NCBI GenBank assembly: GCA_051294375.1
Contig: CM119267.1
Span: 11,035,045-11,099,044, forward strand
Direction: 5' to 3'
Length of the DNA stretch: 64,000 nucleotides
Origin: Paraspadella gotoi
Lineage: Eukaryota > Animalia > Chaetognatha
In this document: positions 44,601-57,184 of the stretch, in pieces
Layout: each line of letters begins with the position of its first letter
Numbering within the stretch: the first letter of the stretch is position 1
Program-made: the position numbers and the translations under genes
The notes under the pieces: model-generated
Seen by the model: only the letters and a program-made list of their open reading frames with translations
Database searches by the model: none
Told to the model about the DNA's origin: nothing

Positions 44601-45211
44601 CGGAAAGCACGGAGGCGCAACAAGGCCTCGATTGTCGTTTTCTTCGAAGAAAACGGACTTTTTTTTTCAAAGTCGACGAGATCGACTTCCAAACCCCTGA
44701 AAAGTCATGATGTATGATGTCACGGTTCGGCGGCTTGACAAAGAGAGGGAGAGAGAGAGAGACGGGAATGGATAAAAAATCGGAAAGAAAGGGGTTTTTG
44801 TGTTGAGCGAGTCGAGTAAGTCTCTAACTCGAATTTTCAGGGTTATGATGAAGCGGATGACGATGATGGCGTCGATGACGGTGCGAAGTTCATCTTCTTT
44901 TAAATTTAATTTTGATGACAATAAATTATAAAAAAAAATTAGTCGAATAACGCACTGGTCTTTGTCAGAAAACCTCGGAGAAATAAATACTTATTTTTGT
45001 TTGTTTGGAGGGAAAGTGAAGTTTTTTCCGAAGTTACGCCCTCGTAGCAGGAGAGAGACAGAGAGCGAGAGAGAGATAGAGAGAGGAGACATATAATTAA
45101 GGAAAGTTCTCCCTCTGCGCGCCTTCGAAAAAAAAAAACCGGGAGGAAGAGGACGATGAGTAGGAAGGACGCGGTCCCGATGATGAGGAGGAGGATGAGG
45201 AGGAGCGATTA

Positions 45212-45258
<47 letters not shown>

Positions 45259-46343
45259 GAGAGAGAAGAGAAAGAAGAGAAGAGAGAGAGAGGACAGAGA
45301 GAGAGAAAGGTAAGGCGCGCGACGATATTTTCCCGTCCGACCCCGAAATTGCGGGGATCAGAGGCCGAGAGAGACTTTTCCGACGGCAATCTTTATTGCA
45401 ATGAGAGTGAGAGAGAAAGAGTGAAGGAGAGAGAGAGCGCGCACGGCAGATGGATAAATGTTGATATAGCGATAGGAGGCATCTGCGACGTCACACACAA
45501 TCACTCTCTAGCTCACACACAAAAAGCGGGACATCGGTAGGAATCGTGTTTACCGCGGGGACGGGAGAGATCGAGGTAAGAACCGATTGAGATAAGGAAT
45601 GAGAGAGTGGGATCGAGAGAGGGAGGGAGGGAGGGAGTGAGGGAGAGGGTGAGAGAGAGAGAGAGAGAGAGATATTGATTGAGATTCACCCCTTGAAAAT
45701 TATCTATCCCATCGAGCCCGATCTTTAACTACGAAGGTAAATATTAGAGTATCACTCAGGCCAGCGTAAAAGTCGTGATAGTCGGATCGTGGTCGCGATA
45801 TTGATTCTCCTTGCCGACTGTCGACGTTGCGTTACGTTCTCGCTCGCTCGCGTAAGAGACTCGTCATCAATTTTGGACTCTTCGTCTCTGTCTCTCTCAA
45901 TCTCTCCCTATTTTCGCCTTCCATCTCTATTTAAAATTTCACGGACCCGCGGCTGTGGCTCTGACCTTTTCGCGTCTCGGGTCATTGCGTCACTTTGACG
46001 TGACGCAACGCGCCATCGGGAAACCATACGTGCGGAATCGCGTTGGGCCGAAGATTTCATCTTCAAATTCTCTTTCTCTCCTCTCTTTTTTTGATCTCTC
46101 GATCTTGGATTTTTTTTTCTTAATAGAAAAACGAGCGAAATACCACAGGGCGGATTTTCGGGGATGGAATGGAAAGGAAATCGGAATTGACAGATGGCGC
46201 GACGGAGAGAAAGAGACAGCGAGAGAGAGAGAGAAAGAGAGAGAGTGAAAGAGCGAAAGTGAGTTCCCCGTTGTCCTTGTCCTCACCCCAAGACGCCTAG
46301 CAAGCAGCGCGGCTCCAATTTCGAGGAATCCCGTCTGGCATAT

Positions 46344-46439
<96 letters not shown>

Positions 46440-46877
46440 CCCGCGAATGGGAGGCGCGAAAAACAGAAGTCCTTTTCGCTTCCTTCTGCCTTTTTGCCCC
46501 CAGGGTCTTACAAAGAGGAAAATTCATTCTCTCTCTTTTCGTCTTTGACAAAGACTTTGTTCCTTCTTTTTTTCTCTTCGCCGATTCCCGCTCAGTATTC
46601 AAAACAAGTCGTTCATCAATGAGTATTGCTAGATTTTTGTTGATTAGGATAGTTTTGAATCAACCTTGTTGTATTTTAAGAAAATCGCGTTTATTATTAA
46701 TAAATGTTTGGTAATAATATTCGACTAAAATATAAATCTCTCACTAGAACAGTAAAGTAGAAATAATTGTCCTACGATAACTTTACTTGCACTTTCAAAA
46801 ACGAACAGTCACTACGCCTACGTCTTTTTTGTTTTTTTTTGCTATTAGTCATCGATATACCCTTAACCAGATAATAT

Positions 46878-47032
46878 GGTGGCCATTGATGCCGGAGGCA
46901 AGTCATTCGCCTCCCAACTCAAAGGTCCGGGGTTCTATCCCGGTGGTCGCCTAGCAGTTAAGAGGGACGGGGCGCCTAACCCGCCCGTAACACGGTGTTA
47001 CAGCCCGATCCGAAGCTCAGGGACTGCTTATA
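46878..47032 (+). mobile_element. tRNA-derived SINE (or tRNA pseudogene with a unique tail)
   Basis: tRNA-like head GGTGGCCA...GGTTCTATCCC...TGGTCGCC (B-box, acceptor-stem pairing). It interrupts the array unit at CCAGATA/TTCCAATTTTGCTG relative to the 48220 copy. Confidence 0.6.
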
Positions 47033-47640
47033 TTGAACGGTTCCAATTTTGCTGAAGAAAAAACCTCTGATGAACTCAACTGAAACTTTTGTTTAAGAAC
47101 TTGAAGATGAGGCTGTGCTGGCTTTCTCATTTGACTAAAGAACAGAAAATGCTGATAATCAGAGGTGGAATAAGTTTTTGGATGAGTTTTTTATTATCAA
47201 AAGACAAATGTTAGTTACAATAGGTTGTAAAAAAGTTCAGTTCATTCTTACTGTAGAAATTATGCTAAATTTTAAAGCTCAGGTATCTTATTGCGCAGTA
47301 AAAATAGCTCAAAACTCAACTGGTTTGATAAAAGTTAGCCAACAGAAAGCTTTTTCAAAAAAGTATAATAATAAAAAAATTGTTTTAAAAAATTTTGAAG
47401 CTTATAATTAAGCAGATTCAATTTGTTTAAAGTATGTATCTCTCCCCTATCAAGGGTACTCTCTTTAAGAGAGGTACTTCAGAGCCTTGTGCCTGAAAAG
47501 AAAATTAAAGAAAAATAGTATATATTGAGTAAAGTTCTTATCTAATTAGTTTTTTAAATTTCTCGCCAGTTTTTTCAGAGCCTTGAGCCTGAACGGAAAA
47601 TTATAAAAACGTTTGTTTTTTTCAATTTTTTAATTTTATT

Positions 47641-47755
47641 GAAATAACAATGAACTGTATTGTTTGTAAACAAATATTGATTGTTTATATTTTTAAAGAC
47701 TTTTACAAAAGATAAATAAGATCGACGGATTACGACGAGAGTTTATGTCCAACAG
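47641..47755 (-). repeat. Fragment matching HINE copy 1 (2126-2242) in reverse orientation
   Basis: TAAGATCGACGGATTACGACGAGAGTTTATGTCCAACAG is the reverse complement of 2126-2164, and similarity extends to ~2242. Confidence 0.8.
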
Positions 47756-48000
47756 TAATTGGGACAATATTGACAAAATAAAAAATATACAGGATTTAAA
47801 AAAAAAAATTTGTGAATTTTTTTTATTTTTCGTTGTGTTTCGTAATTAAGTTTGAGATAAAGACGAAGTCTTTCACAACAACAAAGAGATGCGATTTGCG
47901 AAAGAATTTTCGCAAATTTTATTTTTTAAATCCTGTTTATTGTCTATTCTGTCAATATTGTCCCTCATATTTTTCTTTTGCTTTTAGAAATAAGATTCAT

Positions 48001-48088
48001 CCATCCATCCATACAAGTAATTTGGATCCAACAATTGCTTTAGAGATTTGCCAAGAACCGTTGTATTCAATGTGGTATGGTCGTAGGT
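48001..48088 (-). pseudogene. Truncated, degenerate 5S rRNA pseudogene
   Basis: Minus strand ACCTACGACCATACCACATTGAATACAACGGTTCTTGGCAAATC resembles the 5S 5' end; a TACTTGTATGG box-C-like remnant follows. Confidence 0.7.
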
Positions 48089-50296
48089 ACAGAGGCAAGG
48101 ATATCAAGACGTCATTATCTATTTAAATTAAAGTTTCTTTGCCAAAGTAATTAAACTTTTTTTAATTCACATATTGTGTTGATGGCTTTATTTTGTTTTT
48201 GCTATTAGTCATTGCTAATACCAAGATACATTCCAATTTTGCTGGAGAAAAAACTCAACAGATTAAGATGTGCGGTTGAGTCAGAGTAATCCAAACTTTT
48301 GTTTTAGAACATGAAGATGAGGCTTTGCTGGCTTTCTTATTTGCCTAAAAACAGAAACCCTAATAATGAAGCGAATAAGTTTTGAGACCAGTTTTTTATA
48401 ATCAAAAGTCAAATAGTTAGTTGCAATTGTTTGAAAAATAATCTCAGTTCATTCTAAAAATTGTAGTTATGATACAAAATTGCAACCCTCAGCTATCTTA
48501 TTCTGCAGTAAAAATTGCTCAAAACTAATTGGCCTTGATAAAAGTAAGCCGACAAAAAACTTTTCTAAAAGGTATCTTATTAAAAAATCTACACTGAAAC
48601 ATTGAAGCTTATAATTGAGTAGTTTCAATTTGTTTAAAGTATGTATCTTCCCTATTATAGGGTACTCTCATTAGAGAGTGCTTCAGAGCCTTGTGCCTGA
48701 AGGGAAATTATTATGTGCTAAATCTTTATTAGGTGTTGTTTCCAGTTTATAAATTTAATATAAAAGAAAATCCATGTATATTGGGCAGTTCCCTTTGTAA
48801 GGTTCCCTCAACTTGCCCCTTTCAAAGACACTATCTTAGAAATATATCAAAACTATAATCAATGAAACCTAGATTTTCAATAGATTCAATTTTACCCTCT
48901 TTCAGCTCAATCTCATATGTGAATTGAAAAGAGCTTTGTTTAATCTTTTACTCAGTGACCATGAGGCTTACACTAACCTTTATTGTTTGTTCAATCTCAA
49001 AAAAAATTATTGAGTACATTCAATTTATTAAAATTTTGTACATACAAGAAAAAACTCAACAGAAGATATGCGGTTGAGTCAGAGTAATCCAAACTTTTGT
49101 TTGAGAGCTTGAAGATGAGGCTTTGCTGGCTTTCTCATTTGCCCAAAATCAGAAACCTAAAAATCAGAAGCGGAATCAGTTTTGAGACCAGTTTTTTATA
49201 ATCAAAAATCAAATATTAGTTGCAACTGTTTGTAAAAAAATTTCAGTTCATTCTTAAATATTGTAGTTATGATACAAAATTGCAAACCTCAGCTATCTTA
49301 TTCTGCAGTAAAGATTTCTCAAAACTCAACTGGCTTGATAAAAGTAAGCCGACAGAAAACTATTTCAAAAAGGTGTCTTTATAAAAAATCTGCTCTGAAA
49401 ATATTGAAGCTTATAATTGAGTAGTTTCAATTTGTTTAAAGTATGTATCTTCCCCTATTATAGGGTACTCTCATTAAGAGAGGTGCTTCAGAGCCTTGTG
49501 CCTGAAGGGAAAAATATTTATCAAATGAACTTAGTTTGTGCTAAATGTTTTATTAGGTCTTATCTCCAGTTTATAAATTCTTGTTTGGAAAGACAAATCC
49601 ATGTATATTAGGCAGTTCCTTTTGTAAGGTTCCCTCAACTAGCCCCTTTCGAAGACAATTTTTTAGAAATATATCAAAACTATAATCAATGAAACCGAGA
49701 TTTTCATGAGATTCAATTTTTACCCTCTTTCAGCTCAATCTCATATGTGAATTGAAAAGAGCTATGTTTAATCTTTTACTCGGTGACCATGATAACCTTT
49801 ATTTTTTGTTCAATCTCGAAAAAAGATTCCATATTTGTAATTTGCATAGTGCTGATCAATGACAAATTAGTATAATTATCCAAAATGTTTTCTTTTAAAA
49901 CTATTTTCACCTGTAACGCTCTTTTCTTTAAATTTTATATTTTTTGGTTAAAATAATATTCTTAAATAGATTTTAAATTTTTTACAAAGAATTACAGTTA
50001 ACTTGCCTAGAAATTAATGTGAAGACCTACAAAGGAATGACCATTCAACAACAGGCCATGAAGAAATTTTTGAGTACATTCAATTTGTGTAAAGTATGAA
50101 CCTATCTCTTTTTCAAAGGATTTCTATCAAACAGAGGGTTAATTTAGAGCCTTGAGCCTGTAAGTAAAATTATAATAATAGATATTTTCTTCTTTGTCTT
50201 TTTTAATTTAATTTTTTAAATCCTATAAATTTTTTATTTTCTCAATATCATCCTTCATTTTTTTCTTTCACATTTAGGAATAATATTGTAGAAAAA

Positions 50297-50420
50297 GCCT
50301 GCAACACCAGGATACCCAGCCTCCAGTCAATCACCCATCCAAGTACAAACAGGGTTCATTGTTTCTAACTTCAGTGATCTGATAAGAACCATTCTTTTTA
50401 ATGTGGTATGGTCAATTGGT
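50297..50420 (-). pseudogene. Near full-length degenerate 5S rRNA pseudogene
   Basis: Minus strand GACCATACCAC...GGTTCTTATCAGATCACTGAAGTTA...GTACTTGGATGGGTGA...CTGGG...GGTGTTGCAGGC-TTTTT (Pol III terminator), with a small insertion and many substitutions. Confidence 0.85.
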
Positions 50421-53400
50421 CATACGACAGAGGGAAGGATATCAAGTTGAAGTTTCTTTTTTAAAAGATATCAAACTTTTTTAGTTCGGATTTTTATTTT
50501 TTTTTGCTATTATTCATCGATATACCTTTACCAAGATACTTACCAATTGGAAAAAAAACTTAACGGAAGATATGCGGTTGAGTCAGAGTAATCCAAACTT
50601 TTTGAGAAATTGAAGATGAGGCTTTGCTGGCTTTCTCATTTGCCTAAAAAATCAGAAACCTTAATAATCAGAAGCGAAATATGTTTTGGGAGCAGTTTTT
50701 TATAATCAAAAGTCAAATATTAGTTTCAATTGTTTGTAAAAAATCCTCAGTTTATTCTTAAATATTGTAATTATGATACAAAATTGCAAACCTCAGGTAT
50801 CTTATTCTTTCATTGATTATATTTGATATATTTCTAAGATAGTGTCAGTATATAAGGTGATAGACAGACGCGGGTCTATTACCCCTCCTTCTCATTCACT
50901 TCCTCTTCATCCCTTTGAAAGGGGCAAGTTGAGGGAACCTTACAAGGGAACTGCCCAATATACATGGATTTTTCTTTCCAAACATGCAAATTATAAACTG
51001 GAAACAACACCTAATAAAGATTTAGCACATAATATAATTTCCCTTCAGGCACAAGGCTCTGAAGCACCTCTCTTAATGAGAGTACCCTATAATAGGGAAA
51101 TACATACTTTAAACAAATTGAAACTACTCAATTATAAGCTTCAATGTTTCCAGCGCAAATTTTTATTAAGATACCTTTTTGAAAAAGTTTTCTGTCGGCT
51201 CACTTTTATGAGGCGGTGATTTTTTAGCATTTTTACTGCGGAATAAGATACCTGAGGTTTGCAATTTTGTATCATAATTAAAATATTTAAGAATAAACTG
51301 AGATTTTTTACAAACAATTCAAACTAATATTTGACTTTTGATTATAAAAACTGCTCCAAAACATATTTCGCTTCTGATTATTAAGGTTTCTGATTTTTTT
51401 AGGCAAATGAGAAAGCCAGCAAAGCCTCATCTTCAAGCTCTCAAACAAAAGTTTGGATTACTCTGACTCAACTGCATATCTTCTGTTGAGTTTTTTCTTG
51501 TATGTACAAAATTTTAATAAATGAATGTACTCCAATAATTTTTTTTTTGAACAAACAATAAAGGTTAGTGTAGCCTCATGGTCACTGAGTAAAAGATTAA
51601 ACAAGCTCTTTTCAATTCACATATGAGATTGAGCTGAAAGAGGGTAAAATTGAATCTATTGAAAATCTAGGGTTTCATTGATTATAGTTTGATGATATAT
51701 TCTAAGATAGTGTCTTTGAAAGGGCAAGTTGAGGGAACCTTACAAAGGGAACTGCCCAATATACATGGATTTTTCTTTCCAAACATAGAATTTATAAACT
51801 GGGAGAACACCTAATAAAGATTTAGCACATAATAAATTTCCCTTCAGGCACAAGGCTCTGAAGCACCTCTCTTAATGAGAGTACCCTATAATAGGGGAAG
51901 ATACATACTTTAAACAAATTGAAACTACTCAATTATAAGCTCAATGTTTCCAGCGCAAATTTTTTATTAAGATACCTTTTTGAAAAAGTTTTCTGTCGGC
52001 TCACTTTTATGAAGGCGGTTGATTTTTTAGCAATTTTTACTGCGNNNNNNNNNNNNNNNNNNNNNNNNNTTGAAGATGAGGCTTTGCTGGCTTTCTCATT
52101 TGCCCAAAATCAGAAACCCTAATAATCAGAAGCGGAATCAGTTTTGAGACCAGTTTTTTATAANNNNNNNNNNNNNNNNNNNNNNNNNNNNNNNNNNNNN
52201 NNNNNNNNNNNNNNNNNNNNNNNNNNNNNNNNNNNNNNNNNNNNNNNNNNNNNNNNNNNNNNNNNNNNNNNNNNNNNNNNNNNNNNNNNNNNNNNNNNNN
52301 NNNNNNNNNNNNNNNNNNNNNNNNNNNNNNNNNNNNNNNNNNNNNNNNNNNNNNNNNNNNNNNNNNNNNNNNNNNNNNNNNTTGCAAACCTCAGCTATCT
52401 TATTCTGCAGTAAAGATTTCTTAAAACTCAACTGGCTTGATAAAAGTAAGCCGATAGAAATTTTTTTCAAAAAGGTATCTTAATAAAAAATCTGCTCTGA
52501 AAACATTGAAGCTTATAATTGAGTAGTTTCAATTTGTTTAAAGTATGTATCGTCCCCTATTATAGGGTACTCTCATTAAGAGAGGAGCTTCAGAGCCTTG
52601 TGCCTGAAGGGAAATTCATTATGTGCNNNNNNNNNNNNNNNNNNNNNNNNNNNNNNNNNNNNNNNNNNNNNNNNNNNNNNNNNNNNNNNNNNNNNNNNNN
52701 NNNNNNNNNNNNNNNNNNNNNNNNNNNNNNNNNNNNNNNNNNNNNNNNNNNNNNNNNNNNNNNNNNNNNNNNNNNNNNNNNNNNNNNNNNNNNNNNNNNN
52801 NNNNNNNNNNNNNNNNNNNNNNNNNNNNNNNNNNNNNNNNNNNNNNNNNNNNNNNNNNNNNNNNNNNNNNNNNNNNNNNNNNNNNNNNNNNNNNNNNNNN
52901 NNNNNNNNNNNNNNNNNNNNNNNNNNNNNNNNNNNNNNNNNNNNNNNNNNNNNNNNNNNNNNNNNNNNNNNNNNNNNNNNNNNNNNNNNNNNNNNNNNNN
53001 NNNNNNNNNNNNNNNNNNNNNNNNNNNNNNNNNNNNNNNNNNNNNNNNNNNNNNNNNNNNNNNNNNNNNNNNNNNNNNNNNNNNNNNNNNNNNNNNNNNN
53101 NNNNNNNNNNNNNNNNNNNNNNNNNNNNNNNNNNNNNNNNNNNNNNNNNNNNNNNNNNNNNNNNNNNNNNNNNNNNNNNNNNNNNNNNNNNNNNNNNNNN
53201 NNNNNNNNNNNNNNNNNNNNNNNNNNNNNNNNNNNNNNNNNNNNNNNNNNNNNNNNNNNNNNNNNNNNNNNNNNNNNNNNNNNNNNNNNNNNNNNNNNNN
53301 NNNNNNNNNNNNNNNNNNNNNNNNNNNNNNNNNNNNNNNNNNNNNNNNNNNNNNNNNNNNNNNNNNNNNNNNNNNNNNNNNNNNNNNNNNNNNNNNNNNN

Positions 53401-54017
53401 NNNNNNNNNNNNNNNNNNNNNNNNNNNNNNNNNNNNNNNNNNNNNNNNNNNNNNNNNNNNNNNNNNNNNNNNNNNNNNNNNNNNNNNNNNNNNNNNNNNN
53501 NNNNNNNNNNNNNNNNNNNNNNNNNNNNNNNNNNNNNNNNNNNNNNNNNNNNNNNNNNNNNNNNNNNNNNNNNNNNNNNNNNNNNNNNNNNNNNNNNNNN
53601 NNNNNNNNNNNNNNNTTTTTATAATCAAAAGTCAAATGTTAGTTGCAATTGTTTGTAAATAATCCTCAGTTTATTCCTAAATATTGTAATTATGATACAA
53701 AATTGCAAACCTCATGTATCTTATTCCGCAGTAAAAATTGCTCAAAACTCAACCGCCTTGATAAAAGTGAGCCGACAGAAAACTTTTTCAAAAAGGTATC
53801 TTAATAAAAAATCTGCTCTGAAAACATTGAAGCTTATAATTGAGTAGTTTCAATTTGTTTAAAGTATGTATCTTCCCCTATTATAGGGTACTCTCATTAA
53901 GAGAGGTGCTTCAGAGCCTTGTGCCTGAAGGGAAATTCATTATGGGTTAAATGTTTATTAGGTGTTGTTTCCAGTTTATAAATTATTATGTTTGGAAAGA
54001 AAAATCCATGTATAGTA

Positions 54018-54642
54018 GGGTGGAGTGATGAAAAGATTGAGCAATGGAACACTGTTTTTTTGCTGCTTTTGTATATGTAATAAAAAATAATAAAGCCCTT
54101 TTCCAAAAAAAAATTTGCATAACAGTATCATTAATTGAATTTTTTTTATAATAATATTTTTATAAAAACATAAAATTTCAAAATCATATTTTTTTAATTT
54201 CAAGAACAGTTTCGGATTCGATGAAAAAAACTGAAAAACTTTTGTAAAATATGTTACATGATATTTTTAGGTTAAAGTTGCGAAAAATGACCAAAACGTT
54301 TCATCATATAATAGTATCTATTACCAAGTATAAAAAAATTAGAGAATTTAACCTTTTTTTCCATTTTTGACGCTGAAGACATTGAAATTTTTAATAACAT
54401 ATCTTATATTTTTGATCTAACTTTTTATGAAGAATCAGAATCTTTAATAAAAATTTAAAAAAAATTTTTTTAAAAATTTATGAGTTTATAAGGATATTAC
54501 TCTAAATATATTGTAATTAATAATACTGTTCCCCAAACAATATAAACAAAATATTTTTTTTACTCCTTAATCATACTATCTTACATTTAAATATCCTTGT
54601 TTGTTCACTCAAATAAAATTTATGTTCCCCAGTGCTCCACTC
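54018..54642. mobile_element. ~625-bp non-autonomous DNA transposon (MITE) inserted in an array unit
   Basis: Interrupts the unit sequence CATGTA-TATTA-GGCAG. Ends GGGTGGAG...CTCCACTC, flanked by TAGTA/TATTA. Confidence 0.7.
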
Positions 54643-57184
54643 TATTAGGCAGTTCCCTTTCTAAGGTTCCCTCAACTAGCCCCTTTCGAGGACAATTTCT
54701 TAGAAATATATCAAAACTATAATCAATGAAAACCTAGATTTTCAAGAGATTCAAATTTTACCCTCTTTCAGCTCAATCTCATATGTGAATTGAAAAGAGC
54801 TATGAATAATCTTTTAGGCTTACAGGTTATGCAAGTTTATTACTTAAGCTACCTAATGTAATTATATTTTTTGGATTTTAACATATTTATTAATCAATAT
54901 TCTAAATTCAGCTTGATGTTAAAACCTAAATGATTATTTAATTAAAAGCAATCTTAAAATAAAATTAACTTGCCAGTAGTAGTTAATTTTAAAAAAAATT
55001 TCCATGAAAAAAAGCAGCAATCAGCAAAGTGAAAAATAGTAAGCAAATGAGATGCATCTATTAAACTATCTTTCTCCTTTCACAGTTTTTTTTAACTATG
55101 ACAAATGCTTGGTGTTGGTTTCTAATTTAATAAAATCTAATTTCCTTCCCTAGGCTTTGGACCTTGGGATTATTCATTAGGCTATAGTCAAAATGAATCA
55201 AATGCCACCTTTTAATGTTAATTCTATGTGCCAAAAGAGGCGTCCGAGACAATAAGTAGGAACCAACAAGAACAGTCATTGAGGCTAACTTTTCACAATA
55301 TATTGCTGACAATCAGGTATTTGCAAGTGACTATTGACTAGTGACAATAAGACTATCCACTTTCCAGTATCCAGTATCCACTATCCAGGAGTTGACTTTT
55401 TCAAATATAATGAAAGTCAGAATGACATTGGTAGAGGGTTAAACGACAATTTCTTTGCTACTTGATTTATACATTATCATTAATCAATATTCAGGGCTTG
55501 TTCGACACCATGAATTGAATGCATATAAACAAAATACATTTTGTTAAGCATTTATAGTTGAAGCCTTGTCCATAATTAAAATGATTATCTAACTATTATT
55601 CACCGTTTTTTTTAAAAACAATTAGATTTTCAGAGAAACTCGCAAGAGGGAGAAAAGATACAGAATATTGTCATTACTGATGCATATACCACTCAACCAA
55701 TATTCCTTATCGTCAATTTGTATTTTTGTAATTGCCTTAGTGATATTTCTTTACAGTTTACAGGTTTTTACGTTTTCTATATTTCTTAACGTATATTTAC
55801 AATACGCGCATTGAACCTATTAATTTTTCAGGACTATTAATTATTCCATCAATTACTTTAATGTTAAAGTAAAAAAGACAGGAAAGAAATTAAAAAAAAA
55901 AAAAAAACAGAGAAAGGTGTGCGTAATCAACTATTAAAATCTGGCTGAGCCAATCTGAACCAATCTGCAACTTGATACTTGGGAAACGACACAACAACAA
56001 CAACAATAATATTAATAATAATAATAATGATAATAATAATGATAATAATTATAATAATAATAATAATAATACCAGATTTTTGAAATTTTAAGTAATTAAT
56101 GATTACAGATTTTAAATTCATCAAATTTATGAGACTTTTTTAATTTTCAAAAACTTAGCATTGACTTTTGTTTCTAAAAAAATTCACTTGAGGACGCCTG
56201 TGGTTCTCCGAGCCTCCAAAAAACATTTTAATAACAATATGACAACCAATAAATATAAGTTTTTTCATCAGGTGTATAATATATATGTCATATAACTTAC
56301 TATGAGGTCTCAATTCTTCTTAATTTAAAAAAAAGATAGCAGAGACTTGGTTACTACTTGTAATTCATCAGTTTCGTAATTTTGTCAATGCATGCGTACA
56401 AAACAAAATTAAAAAAAAAATATGGGACGGGGAACGGGCAAAAAAAAAAAAAAAAGGCGTGGACGGACGCCGTCATCCGTTGACCGAATTCCAGTTCCAT
56501 CGCAGTATAGATGTCAAACTCGGGAGTCTGAAGGAAAACATTCTCGACATCCAGGAAAATGGCCACCGCGAGAACGGCCAGCGTCGACGTCCTGCCCGTC
56601 GGGGGAAATAGATGCCCTCGCCCACCGCCAGGGGAGCCACCGCGCCAACCTGGAAACGGCCGTGGGACGGGGGAAGGGAAGAAACATTCAATTCAATTCG
56701 ATTTTCTCGATTCCAGTATGTTAACTAGAGTTAGAGCGCGGATATCTTTATGTATCTTTACTAAAACAGAAGAGCAAGTTCCTTAATGTATCGAGCAACA
56801 GAACGAAAAAAAAAATCTAATGTCTGTTGTGATCTAAACTTTACCTTCAGATTAATTCAAAATTCGTGGAGAAACTGGGGATATCTTTCGTTGCGGTTAA
56901 AGGGGATGAGTAGTTTTTATCGCCGGGCTGTGGCTTTTATAGAGTGATTTTGATTTAAAATAAAAGAACCCAGTGTATTTATTATTTGATACGTAACTTT
57001 TATTAAATTAAAATGACAATCAACCAATCAATTAATCAGCTGAAGCCATGCCACAAAAATTATGCCACAAAAATGCATTTTCGAAATTGAGGTTTAAAAT
57101 GAAATACTACAAGTAAGATGGAGACAACCTCGCCGCCGTCGACGACCCCTTGGCGCCGGCCTGTTGGACTCGTCCCCGTCTCAC

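Larger units (their letters stand above)
46830..54815. repeat. Complex array of a ~0.8-kb unit associated with 5S pseudogenes; partly inverted and gapped
   Basis: Marker TTGAAGATGAGGCTTTGCTGGCTTTCTC recurs at ~47101, 48312, 49109, 50610 and 52070, and inverted at ~51410. Inverted block ~50810-52044. Confidence 0.9.

Noticed and set aside
47067-47090. CTGATGA...GAAAC hammerhead-like core
   Set aside because: No stem II pairing, and absent from the other copies of the array unit.
52037-53662. Long ORFs in the ORF track
   Set aside because: They consist of N-gap codons.
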